Notes: generated by a model from the sequence alone, not told the origin. A stretch of 64,000 nt of DNA from Prevotella sp. (GCA_031285625.1 JAITVV010000095.1:32001-96000); one strand, 5' to 3'. Counted from the stretch's first letter, positions 52,058 through 62,696 are shown. Numbers and translations are program-made.

Positions 52058-52483
52058 ATGAAAAAAGTTATAGTATTTATTGTATGTAGTATAGCCTTTT
52101 CTTTGAATTGCTTCTCTCAAAGCTATACAGCTGACGATCTGAAAAATGCAGCAAAGGCACTTACTAATAATGATGAATGGTATATTGATCAGATAAAAGA
52201 TGCTGATCTGAGAAATGCCACAAAGGCCCAGCTAAAGAATGATGAATGGTATATTGACCAGATAAAAGATAGTGACCTAAAGAATGCGACAAAAGCTAAG
52301 GTTAAAAAAGATGAATGGTATATCGACCAAATTAAAGATGAAGACCTGAAAAATTCAACAAAGGCAGAAGTAAAAGAGGACGAGTGGTATATTGATCAAA
52401 TTAGAAGTGATCAAATCAAAAATTCGACAAAAGCCAAAGTCAAAAATGATAAATGGTACATTGACCAAATAAAAGATGAGTAA
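52058..52483 (+). CDS. Secreted small protein built of 23-aa tandem repeats
   Basis: Signal peptide, then about five repeats of DEWYIDQIKDxDLKNxTKAxxKx. Confidence 0.85.
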   Translation: MKKVIVFIVCSIAFSLNCFSQSYTADDLKNAAKALTNNDEWYIDQIKDADLRNATKAQLKNDEWYIDQIKDSDLKNATKAKVKKDEWYIDQIKDEDLKNSTKAEVKEDEWYIDQIRSDQIKNSTKAKVKNDKWYIDQIKDE

Positions 52484-52491
52484 TTAAACTG

Positions 52492-52522
52492 AAAGCCTGT
52501 CCAGGAGATTCGGACAGGCTTT
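52492..52522. terminator. Terminator between convergent genes
   Basis: AAAGCCTGTCC-loop-GGACAGGCTTT. Confidence 0.8.
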
Positions 52523-52527
52523 ATTAT

Positions 52528-53253
52528 TTATAACAAACTCGCCGCATCACTATCTAAAAACCAGTACAAATATCCTTTCTTAGGATTTACTTTTGCAGCC
52601 GGATATTTATTGAGGAATTGATCTCTGTTTTTTATAACATCTCTCACCTTTTCAGCCTTATTTTTTCCTGTAGCCAGAAATACGACATACTGAGCATTGT
52701 TGACCACCTGCCCGCTAAGACTTATGCGCTTCATCTTACTTTCAGGATGCTCGCCAATAACACAAAACTCCTTGCTATCCCACAGAGATATCTGATCAGG
52801 AAAAATAGACACTGTATGTCCATCATCTCCTAAGCCCAACATAATAATCTCGAAACATGGGGTGTTGCGTCGCTGCATAACGCGTGTTTCCAGTATTTTA
52901 CTGTACCACTCGGCTTCTTCTTCAGGCTCGTTCTCTCCATGTATGCGATAAATGTTATTATTGGGTATATTAGGAACCTTGTCAAACAAATGGTCCTTAG
53001 TCATACCAAAGTTATTCATCACATTTTCGGGTGGCACACACCGTTCGTCACCCCAAAAGAAAAACAGGCGGCTCCAGTCTATAGTGTCTTTACAGTTTTC
53101 GGCCCAATAGTCAAATATAACTTTAGGCGTAGTCCCTCCTGAAAGAGCAATATTAACACGCGGATATACATCCATCAACTTCTTTAAGAATGCGGTAAAT
53201 CCCTCACTAAGGGCTGATGCATCCTGATAAATTTCAATTTCTTCTTTTATCAT
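52528..53253 (-). CDS. pgl: 6-phosphogluconolactonase
   Basis: ALSGGTTP, WGDERCVP, LGLGDDGHT. Confidence 0.95.
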   Translation of the reverse strand: MIKEEIEIYQDASALSEGFTAFLKKLMDVYPRVNIALSGGTTPKVIFDYWAENCKDTIDWSRLFFFWGDERCVPPENVMNNFGMTKDHLFDKVPNIPNNNIYRIHGENEPEEEAEWYSKILETRVMQRRNTPCFEIIMLGLGDDGHTVSIFPDQISLWDSKEFCVIGEHPESKMKRISLSGQVVNNAQYVVFLATGKNKAEKVRDVIKNRDQFLNKYPAAKVNPKKGYLYWFLDSDAASLL

Positions 53254-54785
53254 AATTCACAATATATGCCATCATCGGATAGATTCTTACAAGGATATCG
53301 CCATGTAAGGTTTTTCTCTTCAATCAAATCATCTGCACAGTTGGGTCCCCACGAGCCTGCCGGATAGCCATGCAAAGGAGCATCAGGATTCTTTTCCCAG
53401 AAATCGATCAACGGTTGAACAAATTTCCAGGTAGCCTCTAAAGCGTCACCACGTATATACAACGTGGAATCACCGATCATACAGTCAAGTAAAAGACGCT
53501 CATAAGCTTCAGGTAAATAAGTATCCTGTAATTGTGAGTAATGGAAATCCATGTTCACATTCTTCACCTGGTAACCACTGCCGGGAACTTTCATTTTCGT
53601 TTTCAGCAAAATACCTTCATCCGGCTGAATACGAATTACCAACTGGTTATCGTCATTTCTCAAATCCGTACTTTCGGGAAATAATTTTTGCGGAGCAGGT
53701 TTGAAATGTATTACCACCTCTGATACCCTTGTTGGCAAGCGTTTCCCTGTTCTCACATAAAACGGAACATCTCCCCACCGCCAGTTATCGATAAAAAGTT
53801 TCATGGCAACATATGTTTCTGTACGGGAATCAGGATTTACATCCTTTTCCTCCCGGTAGCCTTTCGCATATTTACCTTTTATATTGGCTGCTGTGTATTG
53901 TCCACGAATAACATTCTTAAACAGATCGTCGTCAGACATAGGACGTAATGCCTGAAAAACTTTCAACTTCTCATTACGTATAGAAACCGAATCGATAGAC
54001 ATCGGAGGTTCCATAGCTACTAAAGCTACCAGCTGAAGCAAGTGATTCTGAACCATATCACGCAATGCTCCGGAATGGTCGTAATAACTGCCACGGTTTT
54101 CTACACCAATACTTTCGGCAGCGGTAATCTCTACATGATGTATGTAATTTCTGTTCCACAATGGCTCATAAATACCATTAGCAAAACGCGTTACCAGCAT
54201 ATTTTGCACAGTTTCCTTCCCTAAGTAATGGTCGATTCTATATATCTGATCTTCATCATAGTCTTCCTGAAGAGATGCATTCAGCTCAACAGCAGACTTA
54301 AGATCCGTACCAAAAGGCTTCTCTATAATAATCCGTCTGAAATTGCCATCTTCTTTATTTAATCCCTGTGCCGCCAAAAATTTAGGAACAAGAGGGTATA
54401 AAGAAGGGGGTGTAGACAGGTAGAATATATAGTTACCTGCTGTATTTTCCTCTTTGTCTAATTGTTGAAGACGATCTTTCAGTTTTGAATATTCCTTACT
54501 ATCATCTGTATTTATCGACAGGTAGTGAAGTTTCTGACAAAATAGATTCAGTTCTTCATCTGAAGCATCTTTGGCTGTTGCAAATTGCCTGATGCCATCT
54601 TTCATCTTATCGCGGAAGGTATCATCTGTAAACGGACTACGGGCAACCCCCAGCACCGCAAAATTCTTAGGAAGTGAATTTTGTTTGTGAAGGTCAAATA
54701 TAGCCGGAATCAGCTTCCTGTATGTTAAATCACCAGAGGCTCCGAAAATGATCAGAGCCTGGTCTTGCGTTGGTTTTGATTTCAT
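53250..54785 (-). CDS. zwf: Glucose-6-phosphate dehydrogenase
   Basis: GASGDL, EKPFG, RIDHYLGKE, DMVQNH. Confidence 0.97.
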   Translation of the reverse strand: MKSKPTQDQALIIFGASGDLTYRKLIPAIFDLHKQNSLPKNFAVLGVARSPFTDDTFRDKMKDGIRQFATAKDASDEELNLFCQKLHYLSINTDDSKEYSKLKDRLQQLDKEENTAGNYIFYLSTPPSLYPLVPKFLAAQGLNKEDGNFRRIIIEKPFGTDLKSAVELNASLQEDYDEDQIYRIDHYLGKETVQNMLVTRFANGIYEPLWNRNYIHHVEITAAESIGVENRGSYYDHSGALRDMVQNHLLQLVALVAMEPPMSIDSVSIRNEKLKVFQALRPMSDDDLFKNVIRGQYTAANIKGKYAKGYREEKDVNPDSRTETYVAMKLFIDNWRWGDVPFYVRTGKRLPTRVSEVVIHFKPAPQKLFPESTDLRNDDNQLVIRIQPDEGILLKTKMKVPGSGYQVKNVNMDFHYSQLQDTYLPEAYERLLLDCMIGDSTLYIRGDALEATWKFVQPLIDFWEKNPDAPLHGYPAGSWGPNCADDLIEEKNLTWRYPCKNLSDDGIYCEL

Positions 54786-54848
54786 ATTTTATAGTTAGTT
54801 ACTTATATCTGTGGATATTCCACAACAGTTATTCATAACCGATATCAA

Positions 54849-55745
54849 TCAATCTTTCTTTATCTCGTGCCCCCCAAACTGATTACGCATGGCAGCCAGC
54901 AGTTTCATCGCATATGAAGATTCCTGTCTCGATTCGAAGCGTGTAAAGAGTGAAGCTGTGATAACATGTGCGGGAACATCAAAGTCCATAGCTGTCTGTA
55001 CAGTCCAACGACCTTCGCCACTATCTGCGACATAGTCTTTAATTCCATCCAGATTTTCATTTCCTTCCAATGCATTCCCTATAAGTTCTAGTAACCATGA
55101 ACGAACTACTGAACCTTGCATCCAAATTTTCGATACCTTTTCAAGGTCTACATTATAAGGAGAATTCTTCATTATTTCGAATCCTTCAGCATATGCCTGC
55201 ATCATGCCATACTCTATACCATTGTGAACCATTTTCACCATATGTCCGGCACCACTCTCACCACAACGCATATACCCGTTTTCAGGAGCAAGGCTCTTGA
55301 AGATAGGCTCCGCAAAGTCACAGGCTTCTTTGTCTCCGCCATACATCAGACAGTAACCATTCTGAAGCCCCCATACACCTCCACTGGTACCACAGTCAAG
55401 ATAATGCACTCCTTTTTCTTTTACTTTTTTACCACGTTCTACAGTTTCTCTCCAATAGCTGTTTCCTCCGTCTACAATTATATCATTCGGATTGAGTAAA
55501 GTCAGTAATTCCGCAATATTTTCCTCCACGGGCTTACCTGCAGGAACCATAAGCCATACAAGTTTACGACCTTCAAGTTTACTTACCAGATCTTTCAGGC
55601 TCGATGCTGCTATAGCACCTTTCGAAGCTGCTTCATCAACCTCTTTCTGGGTAAGATTATAAACTACAACTTCATGTCCGTGATTCAAAAGGCGCTCTAC
55701 CATTTTACCGCCCATCTTTCCCAATCCTACAAATCCAATTTTCAT
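54849..55745 (-). CDS. gnd: 6-phosphogluconate dehydrogenase (decarboxylating, short form)
   Basis: GLGKMG, DCGTSGG, KMVHNGIEYG, DSGEGRW, MRNQFGGH. Confidence 0.95.
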   Translation of the reverse strand: MKIGFVGLGKMGGKMVERLLNHGHEVVVYNLTQKEVDEAASKGAIAASSLKDLVSKLEGRKLVWLMVPAGKPVEENIAELLTLLNPNDIIVDGGNSYWRETVERGKKVKEKGVHYLDCGTSGGVWGLQNGYCLMYGGDKEACDFAEPIFKSLAPENGYMRCGESGAGHMVKMVHNGIEYGMMQAYAEGFEIMKNSPYNVDLEKVSKIWMQGSVVRSWLLELIGNALEGNENLDGIKDYVADSGEGRWTVQTAMDFDVPAHVITASLFTRFESRQESSYAMKLLAAMRNQFGGHEIKKD

Positions 55746-55980
55746 ATTATAAGTTTTATTGTTTATGATTTTATTAATAAACAAGCTAGTGCTTGAAAAG
55801 TTAAATATTTAGACAATGCTAAGTTAACATTTTTATATTTAACATAATCTGAAAGTAATCATTAATATATTTATATTTACATATTAACATTGTATATCAA
55901 ATAGTTAAATCATCAATATATCACATCAATATATTCTATAAATATATATTTAATATTTAATATATCTATTAATAAATTCA

Positions 55981-56029
55981 AAAAAGTGGCAAAAGTAACA
56001 CATAATTGATGTTTTTTAATTGTTACTTT
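55981..56029 (+). repeat. GTAAC-family intergenic repeat, copy B
   Basis: AAAAAGTGGCAAAAGTAACA-N20-TGTTACTTT. Confidence 0.65.
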
Positions 56030-56107
56030 AGTTGTACTCAAGGAATATAGTTTTAATGAAAAATATTCGAGATCTCTATACAATAGATAAATAATTTATA
56101 AAATAAC

Positions 56108-56140
56108 AAATCCTGATTTAGATATACTAAATCAGGATTT
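56108..56140. terminator. Hairpin terminator
   Basis: AAATCCTGATTTAG-ATATA-CTAAATCAGGATTT perfect 14-bp stem. Confidence 0.75.
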
Positions 56141-56162
56141 TGAATTTAAAGGTCAATTGATC

Positions 56163-56447
56163 TTAAATAATTTTCACTGTCTTAATCTCCATAAGTGACG
56201 GTGCTTCATTCACATGTGGCAATGGTTTATGAATAATCACCAATGAGTTGTAGCTAAGAGAATCTGGTCTGACAACTTTAGACTCACACAAAAAAGCATA
56301 ATTGGTTCCAGCTACTACCTGAGTCGCCACTGCCAATGGTAAATAATCGACTCCAACAATCGGATCAAGTATTTTCACGAAAAGTTCTTTTTCTTCCGAC
56401 GTGAACAATCTAAAGGCAGTAAAACCTCCACACATAACATTTTCCAT
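56163..56447 (-). CDS. Small cystatin-like protein
   Basis: N-terminal GG plus QVVAGTNY (QxVxG) motif. Confidence 0.65.
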   Translation of the reverse strand: MENVMCGGFTAFRLFTSEEKELFVKILDPIVGVDYLPLAVATQVVAGTNYAFLCESKVVRPDSLSYNSLVIIHKPLPHVNEAPSLMEIKTVKII

Positions 56448-56707
56448 AATTATTATTATTTTAAGTTGAATAAATAGATTATAAAAAAACTAAAAGAGCA
56501 ATTTATAATCTTGAATTTTATATACTTAACTTGGTTTTTTACTTTAATAAATTCTCATTTACTTTCACTGTAGATTTTAACGATATGGGCATGGGTATAA
56601 CAAACATATATGTTTTTGACAAAAACAATGTGGTACAAACTTTATTTTACAATAAAAGTTTACACCACACTATTTATACATATATGAATCAATCAATTAT
56701 ATATAAA

Positions 56708-57827
56708 TTAATTTCTCATTTTAAGATTTTCTTTCCGCCAATTTTTAGGAGATAAGCCAACCATTCCTCTAAATTTTTTCTGAAAATTACTACGATCTGT
56801 TATACCAACTATACATCCAACTTTAGAGATGGATAAATCGGGATATTTTATAAGGAGCTCTTTAGCTTCTTCAATCCTTAATTGTGTCCTCCAAACCCTA
56901 AACTCAATTTTCATACGATTGTGAAAGAAATAAGTAAGGAAATTCCGATCGGTTCCAAGACCTTTAGCTATGTCATCACGACTCACATCAGCATATTGAT
57001 ATTGTTTTTCTTCTACCCATTTATCAATAGCATATTGTAGTTTTTGCTCTTTTTCAGATAAAGGAAGAAGTTCTGCCTCACTAATATCAGATTCAAGGGT
57101 TATAGGCAAAGTAGCCTCACGAGCATAAACTGCAGATATGATATAGTGAAAGTCTAAAGGATAATTACTGTATTTTATTGCAAAAAAGATATAGAATATA
57201 ATAATTGCCGAAATAAAACAGCCGACATATTGTAATGGTAGATACGACATAAACAATGCCAGAACCCCAATACATAATGCCATATAAAAAGATACCTTTA
57301 CCCACCTGAGACGGTTATCTTCATCTTCATCATAATAATCATCGAGTTGTTTTAAATACTGTGCATACTTCTTTCTAAATAATAGAATATAGTATACCAT
57401 AAAAATAATTGTAAATTACAGAGGAAACATTGTGCAGCAGCACTAATAAAATAGCCAAAACAAAGGAGATTATTCCGAACTGATAAGAAACTCTTCTGAC
57501 CGAAACATAGGCAGGCTGTATCAACATCAATAATGCAAATGTGAATAACAATGCCTGATATGATGCAGAAACTAAAGTTAATGTTCGGATTAAATTCAAA
57601 TCGATGCTGTATATTGAAGATATAATTGTCTTATAACAATTAAAAATACCGACAATTAAATATGCCAATGCTAATGCACGACGGGCAATATTGTAGCGTT
57701 TCATATTCTCATCGCTGGGAATACGAATAGAAAACAACATTATACTAAATATAATTGTTGAAATAGATAATAGAAAACTCAGCAATAAATAAAATTCGAA
57801 TCGGGCATTTCTAATAATATAACACAA
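56708..57827 (-). pseudogene. Membrane-bound AraC family regulator split into two frames
   Basis: 57375-57827 encodes TM helices; 56708-57400 encodes more TMs plus AraC HTH (LRIEEAKELL, SNFQKKF...G.SP..WR); ORFs overlap out of frame. Confidence 0.7.
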
Positions 57828-57913
57828 ATTAAAATGTTAATTTTTAACTATGCAAACATTTAATAGTATTAATTACAAATACGATTGGGATTATCTATTT
57901 ACAGCATATTATA

Positions 57914-57960
57914 TATAATAAAAGAGGCGGTTATTTAAAATAACCACCTCTTTTATTATA
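57914..57960 (-). terminator. Terminator of rpsF-rpsR-rplI operon
   Basis: TATAATAAAAGAGGCGGTTATT...AATAACCACCTCTTTTATTATA long hairpin. Confidence 0.85.
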
Positions 57961-57973
57961 TATAATTTCAGAA

Positions 57974-58417
57974 TTACTCAGAAACTACTTCAAAAGGTAT
58001 TTCAACAGAAACTTCTTTATGAAGTTTTGCTATTGCTTTATAGCTTCCTACTTCTTTTACTGCATCTTTGATAAGGATCAGTTTTCTATCTACATTGTAA
58101 CCTAATTTCTCAAGAGCTTCAGCGACCTGAATATTAGTCACAGAACCGAAAATAGTTCCTGTAGAACTTGTTTTTGCGCCGATAGTAAGTGATACACCTT
58201 CCAACTTTGCAGCCATAGCCTGAGCATCTTGTTTGATTTTCTCAAGCTTATGAGCACGTTGTTTCATGTTTTCAGCTAATACTTTCTTTGCAGATTCTGT
58301 TGCGATAACAGCTTTACCTTGGGGAAGAAGGTAGTTACGTCCATAACCGTCTTTAACAGTTACGACTTCATCTTTATATCCTAAGTTAAGGATGTCTTCT
58401 TTTAATATAACTTGCAT
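57974..58417 (-). CDS. rplI: 50S ribosomal protein L9
   Basis: [22 protein letters not shown]. Confidence 0.98.
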   Translation of the reverse strand: MQVILKEDILNLGYKDEVVTVKDGYGRNYLLPQGKAVIATESAKKVLAENMKQRAHKLEKIKQDAQAMAAKLEGVSLTIGAKTSSTGTIFGSVTNIQVAEALEKLGYNVDRKLILIKDAVKEVGSYKAIAKLHKEVSVEIPFEVVSE

Positions 58418-58435
58418 TTCTTTCTCCTCCTTGTT

Positions 58436-58702
58436 TTATTTCATTAAGTCTGTTACGTAAGGAAGCAAAGCCAAATGGCGAGCTCTCTTTACAGCTTGTG
58501 CAACACGACGTTGGAATTTTAGTGATGTTCCTGTGATACGGCGAGGAAGTATTTTTCCTTGCTCGTTAAGGAATTTCTTTAAAAACTCAGGATCTTTGTA
58601 ATCAATATACTTAATACCGTTCTTTTTGAAACGGCAGTATTTCTTTTTCTTTACATCCACTGAAGGCGGAGTCAAATATCTGATTTCTGATTGCTGTGCC
58701 AT
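58436..58702 (-). CDS. rpsR: 30S ribosomal protein S18
   Basis: [26 protein letters not shown]. Confidence 0.98.
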   Translation of the reverse strand: MAQQSEIRYLTPPSVDVKKKKYCRFKKNGIKYIDYKDPEFLKKFLNEQGKILPRRITGTSLKFQRRVAQAVKRARHLALLPYVTDLMK

Positions 58703-58705
58703 AAA

Positions 58706-59062
58706 TTAATTCTCCTTTACTTCTTCTTTTTTAGATGATTTAAGATTTCTTCTCTTCAATGCATAAGCATGAGCAAATTTATCCTGACGGAAAGTCAAGA
58801 AACGGATCACACGCTCGTCGCGGCGGAATTGAATTTCTAGTTTAGCGATAACAGAAGGGTCAGCTTCGAACTCTAACATCGCATAAAAACCGGTAGATTT
58901 CTTCTGAATTGGGTATGCCAATTTGCGAAGTCCCCAGTTCTCTTCATTTGCTATTGTTGCCCCTTCATTGGTCAAAATAGCTTTGAATTTTTCTACCGCT
59001 TCCTTCATCTGCACATCAGACAAAACGGGAGTCAAAATGAAAACGGTTTCGTAATTGTTCAT
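58706..59062 (-). CDS. rpsF: 30S ribosomal protein S6
   Basis: [19 protein letters not shown]. Confidence 0.98.
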   Translation of the reverse strand: MNNYETVFILTPVLSDVQMKEAVEKFKAILTNEGATIANEENWGLRKLAYPIQKKSTGFYAMLEFEADPSVIAKLEIQFRRDERVIRFLTFRQDKFAHAYALKRRNLKSSKKEEVKEN

Positions 59063-59224
59063 AAATTAATTAATTATAAATTAAACATATCATTTTTTAC
59101 AAATGAGCGGCAAAGATAAGGTTTTTTATTAAAATAACAAATGCTAAACCTTCAAAAAAGATTGTAGATACAAACTTCTTGTCTTATTTTTGTAATAGCA
59201 AAGTAATAAAAGAAGTATCTACAC

Positions 59225-59701
59225 ATGAAAAATGAAGAAGTATTAAATTTAAATCAAGATTTGGACCTAATATTCCCGATCATAAATGGAAAGGTGTCGA
59301 TGGCCATCAACCGGATGATGTATCGTAACTTCAGAAGAGAAGGACTGGATATCACTCCGGAACAGTGGACTGTACTGGCTTTCCTGTGGCGCGAGGACGG
59401 AGTTACCCAACAAACCTTATGCAACTCCACATTCAAAGATAAACCTAGTATGACACGCCTTCTGGACAACCTCGCCAAGCAGAATCTGGTATACAGAAAT
59501 GCCTCAACAAGTGACCGGCGTTCCAACCTTATTTATCTGACCGACGCAGGTAAGGCTATAAAAGAAAAGGCGAACAAGGCTGTATATGAAACGATGGATT
59601 CGGCTCTTGCCGGAATTGATGAGGAAGGACTAAAACAAGTCCGTACACTATTAGCTGCCGTATTTGGTAATATTAGCGAAGCTTTAAGCGAAAAGGCCTA
59701 A
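59225..59701 (+). CDS. MarR family transcriptional regulator
   Basis: ITPEQW.VL, DKPSMTRLLD, DRRSNLIYLT. Confidence 0.93.
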   Translation: MKNEEVLNLNQDLDLIFPIINGKVSMAINRMMYRNFRREGLDITPEQWTVLAFLWREDGVTQQTLCNSTFKDKPSMTRLLDNLAKQNLVYRNASTSDRRSNLIYLTDAGKAIKEKANKAVYETMDSALAGIDEEGLKQVRTLLAAVFGNISEALSEKA

Positions 59702-60726
59702 TAACCAATATGCAAATCCATATAGATGGGTAGATGATCGCTATATCCACCCAGATATCGAAATCCGGAATATGTTCTGAAAGGTTTTTGGCCGCCATAT
59801 TTTTCATTATCATTTTCTAATAAGAAATCAGAAGAATAAACGTAAGCAGATTTATTCTCGATGAACACTCTTCCGGACTTCACTAATAAATCACCACTGA
59901 CTACGAACTGATCCAGAAAATTCCATTTCCCCCTGTATTTATACGATCCGGCATTTTTCTCTTTCGTTTTGTGGTAAAACATATTATATAGGTTATGCGA
60001 CGAGATATCGGACTCTATATGCTGAGCCCTGAGAATCTCTGCCATACTTATATCATGCGGGTAGTCATTAAAGTCTCCCATAATGATAATATTAGCTTTC
60101 TTACGGATAAGAGAAACGCTATCGCATTTCTGTTTCAGTAGCTCTGCACATTTGATACGGTGAGGTCTTGTCTTTTTAATACCTTCATTACGCGATGGAA
60201 AATGACAAACAAATAAATCGAGAATCTTACCATTCACTAACCTGCCCGTTACATGCAGGATATCGCGGGTGGTCCGTATTGAATCGCCTAACAATGGCCT
60301 GTACGATTCTTTACTTAATATCTTAATCTGATCTCTCTGATACAGAAGGGCGACATTGGAACCGCGCCAATCTTCAGAGGTGGTTATAACATATTCATAT
60401 TTATGCCTTTGTAGTGCTGCTTTCTTTGTCAGATCGAAAAGTACTGAATCATTTTCCACCTCGCACAGCCCAACTAATGCCGGAGGATAACCTTCTCCTA
60501 CCGAAGATATTACTTTACTGATATTATTTAGCTTCTGCCAATATCTGTAATTTGTCCAGTGCAGCTTGCCATCTGGTGTAAGATCATCGTCATATGTATC
60601 GGGATTATCTTTCGTATCATACATATTTTCAACATTATAGAATACGACACGAAAATTTTCCTGTGCAGCCACAGGCAACAGTCCCCATAGAAGAGCAAAT
60701 AAGATGTATTTACTTAGTCCATTCAT
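59698..60726 (-). CDS. Secreted endonuclease/exonuclease/phosphatase family protein
   Basis: FYNVEN, GLCEVEN, HFPS, MGDFND, SDHLP. Confidence 0.9.
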   Translation of the reverse strand: MNGLSKYILFALLWGLLPVAAQENFRVVFYNVENMYDTKDNPDTYDDDLTPDGKLHWTNYRYWQKLNNISKVISSVGEGYPPALVGLCEVENDSVLFDLTKKAALQRHKYEYVITTSEDWRGSNVALLYQRDQIKILSKESYRPLLGDSIRTTRDILHVTGRLVNGKILDLFVCHFPSRNEGIKKTRPHRIKCAELLKQKCDSVSLIRKKANIIIMGDFNDYPHDISMAEILRAQHIESDISSHNLYNMFYHKTKEKNAGSYKYRGKWNFLDQFVVSGDLLVKSGRVFIENKSAYVYSSDFLLENDNEKYGGQKPFRTYSGFRYLGGYSDHLPIYMDLHIGY

Positions 60727-62095
60727 AGCAACCCATGTCAGGGTTAGAATCTCCTAACCTGGAACGGCCTTTGAGATCAAAGGGCACCTGCTGAGAATAC
60801 GCTTTATCAGCTTTGCCTATTGCAGGCGAAGTCTCTTGCAGTTCAAAGCTGTAAGAGTAAATGCCTCCTGTATTGAGGTCGGCAAATAGCGGATCGGCAT
60901 TCCATATTATATCTACAAAATGATCGCTAACCAACTCGGGTGTCTTTATCAAACAGTTATGGAACAAATAATTAAATGCAACCGATCCTGTCCCACTCAG
61001 ATACAATTCATCCATAGCCGAACCATATATGATCGAGTTTATAAAATCACATTTTGTAAGGGCATATGAATTGCCCAATACCAGGCATTCCGCCTGACGT
61101 GAGGCCCAGCGATAATAGTTTGCCAATGTGCAATGTACAAAAGAGTATTCTCCCCCCGACAATGTAAGTGCGGCGCCTTTCGAATTAGCAAATAAACAAT
61201 TCTCAGCATTGATTTTGCAATTAACGGCCATTACACCATATTCGGAAGTATTCTGAACAATCGTATTTTTAAAAGTGGCTTTTACATTCTGTGTATCAGA
61301 AGCAGAAAAAGTCATACCCCGAATAGCATTCCTTACTATAGCATTCTCGAATACATTATCAAAGCTTTCGGGATGAAAGACAATACCTGTCCACTGTCCG
61401 GGAGCATTATCAAATGGAATATCACCCTCAATATTATCAAAGCGGCTTCCCCTGAAAACTACAGGTTCATCTACACTGCCTTGTGCAATCAAAGCGCCAT
61501 AAACATCTAGCCCTGCATTATTTCTCATAAAGAAGGTAGTACCCTTCTGCACATTCAGCTTCACCCCCTTATTTATGGTAAGTGTATTATATATAAGAAG
61601 TGGCTTATCTCCGGTAACTACAGAGTCTTTAGTAATCACCTTATCTTTCCATATATATACATCCTGCCCTACAGCTTCCAGTTGTATATACTGGGTATTA
61701 CCATTTACAGTAAAGCGTATAGAATCTCTTATCAATAGAGGATTCTTACTGTTAGTAGGATCTACTGTTACTTCCACAAAGCCATAAAGGCTATCCTTTT
61801 TCAGGATATCTACATTGCTGAGTTTTGTACCTTTCTCTCCGTCAATATTCATACGGAAGCCACTTTTTGCAGCATTCATCAATTCGATAGATTCTATGGT
61901 CAGGGAACTTTCATTCCTGTTATAAATCTTAAACTGCCTGGTAGCCGACCCGATAGTAGTAAATACCGTATCGAAACTGATAACATCGGCTGAGAATGTC
62001 AATGACAAATTCTTATCAGACGAAAAATCATCGCTATCCTGACATGCAGTGAATACCGAAATACAAAGAATAAACAAGTATATAATTTTCTTCAC
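60710..62095 (-). CDS. Lipoprotein with Ig-like and beta-helix regions
   Basis: Lipobox FTAC, SFDTVFT.IGS, C-terminal SPAIGKA...DL.G..R...PDMGCYE; GTG start. Confidence 0.8.
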   Translation of the reverse strand: MKKIIYLFILCISVFTACQDSDDFSSDKNLSLTFSADVISFDTVFTTIGSATRQFKIYNRNESSLTIESIELMNAAKSGFRMNIDGEKGTKLSNVDILKKDSLYGFVEVTVDPTNSKNPLLIRDSIRFTVNGNTQYIQLEAVGQDVYIWKDKVITKDSVVTGDKPLLIYNTLTINKGVKLNVQKGTTFFMRNNAGLDVYGALIAQGSVDEPVVFRGSRFDNIEGDIPFDNAPGQWTGIVFHPESFDNVFENAIVRNAIRGMTFSASDTQNVKATFKNTIVQNTSEYGVMAVNCKINAENCLFANSKGAALTLSGGEYSFVHCTLANYYRWASRQAECLVLGNSYALTKCDFINSIIYGSAMDELYLSGTGSVAFNYLFHNCLIKTPELVSDHFVDIIWNADPLFADLNTGGIYSYSFELQETSPAIGKADKAYSQQVPFDLKGRSRLGDSNPDMGCYEWTK

Positions 62096-62134
62096 AGTAA
62101 CATCCTTTTGTGATTAAGTAACTTCAATAAGATT

Positions 62135-62245
62135 AAAAAGTGACAAAAGTAACAGTATATCTTCTGTTTTTCTTGTTACTTTTCTGCTCTTGCTAAAAAG
62201 TAACAAAGGTAACAACTTTTTCATTGTCTTTATCTGTTACTTTTT
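62135..62245 (+). repeat. GTAAC-family repeats, tandem copies C (62135-62183) and D (62195-62245)
   Basis: AAAAAGTGACAAAAGTAACA-N19-TGTTACTTTT and AAAAAGTAACAAAGGTAACA-N20-TGTTACTTTTT. Confidence 0.85.
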
Positions 62246-62665
62246 AGGCATTGTTTTCACCATTGATTTGTGTTTAAAATAGTAATCCAGCACTTCCCGA
62301 AAAGTATTTCCGCATTTGCTCCACTCGCCGGAAGGATGTCCATGCCCTACAACTTCACCGTTCTCGCAAATAGTTTTGCTATACATTCTAATTTTAGTAC
62401 AGTAAGAATCACCTTGAGGAATTACATGCATTTTATATCTACCTGATATACTTAAATTACGAGACTTGCTTTCATTATATACCTGAAATTCAAGGAAAAA
62501 GTCATCCCCTTTATTAGCACTATTCTCTCTTGTAATCTCCACTAAATACTGTATATTTTCTTCAGTCTCCTCTAATATATAAGGAAACTGTCCTTTCGTA
62601 TTAACTTGTCCTGTACAAATCATTGGAAATAATAATATAATTATTGCAATAGTATATTTTCTCAT
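62237..62665 (-). CDS. Hypothetical secreted protein bracketed by direct repeats
   Basis: Signal peptide MRKYTIAIIILLFP...; stop codon lies inside repeat D. Confidence 0.75.
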   Translation of the reverse strand: MRKYTIAIIILLFPMICTGQVNTKGQFPYILEETEENIQYLVEITRENSANKGDDFFLEFQVYNESKSRNLSISGRYKMHVIPQGDSYCTKIRMYSKTICENGEVVGHGHPSGEWSKCGNTFREVLDYYFKHKSMVKTMPKK

Positions 62666-62696
62666 GTAAAGTTCTGTTAAGGTTTTCTACTCTGTT

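Noticed and set aside
54805-54845. DnaA-box-like words (TGTGGATAT, TTCCACA) between gnd and zwf
   Set aside because: Only imperfect matches in a ~60-bp operon spacer; no origin context
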